A DNA stretch of 64,000 nucleotides from assembly GCF_963506605.1 (NCBI RefSeq), contig NC_083279.1, positions 29,326,001 to 29,390,000 on the forward strand, given 5' to 3'. The stretch comes from Zootoca vivipara (taxonomy: Eukaryota). Each line of letters starts with the position of its first letter. The first letter of the stretch is position 1. Below are positions 62,091-64,000 of the stretch, one piece after another. Position numbers and translations under genes: made by a program. The notes under the pieces were generated by a model, which did not search any database, had not been told where the DNA came from, and worked only from the letters and a program-made list of their open reading frames with translations.

Positions 62091-63125
62091 AGTATGCATT
62101 TTTATGCATAATAGTTGTTCTAGATTTTTTTTTATCGGGCTATGTTAATTGAACAGATAGTTACTCATGAAATCTATTATGTTGGCCTCACATTTGTATT
62201 CTTAACCCACTGTGTAGCAATGAAGATTCTGCTAGAAAGCTACTGCTGGGCTCTTTGTTTTTTGCTTGGAAAAATAATCAGTTGCGGATAATGTTGCTTA
62301 TCTTACATCTTATTTGTTTCTTTCCCCCCTGCAAAATGGTTTGTGATGTATAAGCTTTTGGAATATTTACTAATGATTGGTTTACCATTACTTTGTTACC
62401 TTGTGACTAATCTTCCTATCAAAAATCTTTTTCTTTTTTTGAGCTATGAAACTAAATTGGAATACAGCAAGAATTCTTCCCCAGAAACACACATGCAAAA
62501 CAAATGATGTTAGGTTGATAGATTAACAGAAAATTAAAAACTGATAGCATTGTGGAGTAAACATGGAAATAGGCTGGAATGCTAGTTTATTCTCTGGACT
62601 GATTCAGTCATTACTACCCTCTCCCCACTCCCCAAACCGCTGCACGCTGTTGGATCAGGTTCAGAACCTAGCATTAGACGTATGTGCTACTTGACAATAC
62701 CTAAGAAAGTCATGACTTCACTGGAAGAACCCTCATTTATTTGAACTCCAAGTAGGTAGTATAGTTACAGAAAAAGGGAGAACCTGTATTCAAAAATTCA
62801 AGATCTCCTGTTGCAGTTGTTGATGTAGTGAGGATTGGAAGAAAGAGCACACATTCTTGATTTTGCCACATCTAGTGGACTAGTGGGAGAAGTAGCATCT
62901 GAACAGCCCCATGATTTTGAATCCTAAACCGAGCTGACAAGGAATTTATTTATATCTTGAATGAGGGATATGTTGCCCTCTGAGATGTTTCCGGGTGGGA
63001 ACTCCCATCATCCCAGATCATGGGCCATACCCGCTGGGGTTGGCCAGTGGGGAGTTGGACTCTCAAGGACATGTAGAGGTCCACAGGCTCCCTTCTCCTG
63101 ATCTACATCTATGTCAAAATTGGAC

Positions 63126-63262
63126 CAGGCATCCCCATACTCGGCCCTCCAGCTGTTTTGGGACTACAATTCCCGTCATCTCTGAACACTGGTCCTGTTA
63201 GCTAAGGATGATGGGAGTTGTAGTCCCCAAAACAGCTGGGGGGCCAAGTTTGGGGATGCCTG
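63126..63262. mobile_element. Palindromic hAT MITE in the probable 3' UTR
   Basis: CAGGCATCCCCA/TGGGGATGCCTG; TSD AATT(G/A)GAC. An older related copy lies at about 62965-63101. Confidence 0.88.
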
Positions 63263-63841
63263 AATTAGACACTGCTTTAACCTCCATTTCGTAGCCTTAT
63301 CCTTTTCTAATCTAGAAGCTGCTCTTAGACTTTGGAGAAACGACGTCATCCATGATATTGAAGGGTAGTCATAATGCCTGCTAGAGTTTGCACATTTAAA
63401 AGTTACGCACAGCTGTAAAAAAGAAAAGCCAACTTCACACATATGTATAATATCACAACAGAAAATTCGAGACAAAACTGGCTGGTGCTACTTACTTTCT
63501 TATCTGCACAGTTGGGGTAATCAGCCCGTGAATAAATGCATAGGCCGATGGATTCAGGGTCAGCAGGGGAAAAAGACCAAACTTCAGTCCCTAGTAAGGG
63601 AGACAGTTGGCAAGCTTTGTTTATCTAACAAAGGAGAAGATATTACTTTGTCCTTCATTATACACTGATAATCCAAAATTGCCTGGATGAGTGGCCTTCA
63701 TTCTGCCCTATTTTTGCATGCATTTTCAGTATACATTTTCAATTATGTTACAGGTGATGGCTAGGATTTTGTTAGCATGTGGTGTAATGCTGGATATATA
63801 TTTTTTCCTGCTGCTGTTACTTTAGGTGCCTCTTGATATGT

Positions 63842-63847
63842 AATAAA
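63842..63847 (+). terminator. CRACDL: Candidate CRACDL polyadenylation signal (alternative AATAAA at 63531)
   Basis: AATAAA preceded by TGTA; 1.75 kb after the stop codon. Confidence 0.45.
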
Positions 63848-64000
63848 ATGGATACCATGTAAAACATCTTTCCACGGCAACAAAAATAACCATTGGCTTT
63901 TATACATAAGGTACAGCCTTAGCACCTTCAGTATTCTTGAAGGTGTGGTATCAGTTAAACTGAATTTATTGAGTATCTTGCAGTATTGCAGAAAGGCTCT

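Overview
Eukaryotic genomic DNA, most likely from a lacertid lizard. This is inferred from Sauria/POM-type SINEs, Squam3-type SINEs, Bov-B, CR1, L2 and squamate hAT MITEs. The window holds essentially one complete multi-exon gene on the + strand, CRACDL (KIAA1211L/C2orf55, DUF4592 family). It has a CpG-island promoter and non-coding first exon at about 5.6-6.44 kb, ten coding exons from 30.6 to 62.1 kb with consistent GT-AG phases (about 982 aa from ATG 30643 to TAG 62090), and a 3' UTR to about 63.5-63.9 kb. A short terminal exon at 878-902 probably belongs to the upstream neighbour TSGA10. The introns are dense with transposons: Sauria SINEs, hAT and Tc1/mariner MITEs with intact TSDs, two non-autonomous Helitrons, LINE fragments and a probable Ngaro/DIRS remnant. 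There is one assembly gap. Almost all ORFs in the supplied track are spurious. I found no convincing novel multi-gene system. The best leads are CRACDL isoform questions, a rearranged Helitron next to the first coding exon, several strong hairpins and inverted SINE pairs. All orthologue comparisons are from memory, not from a database search.
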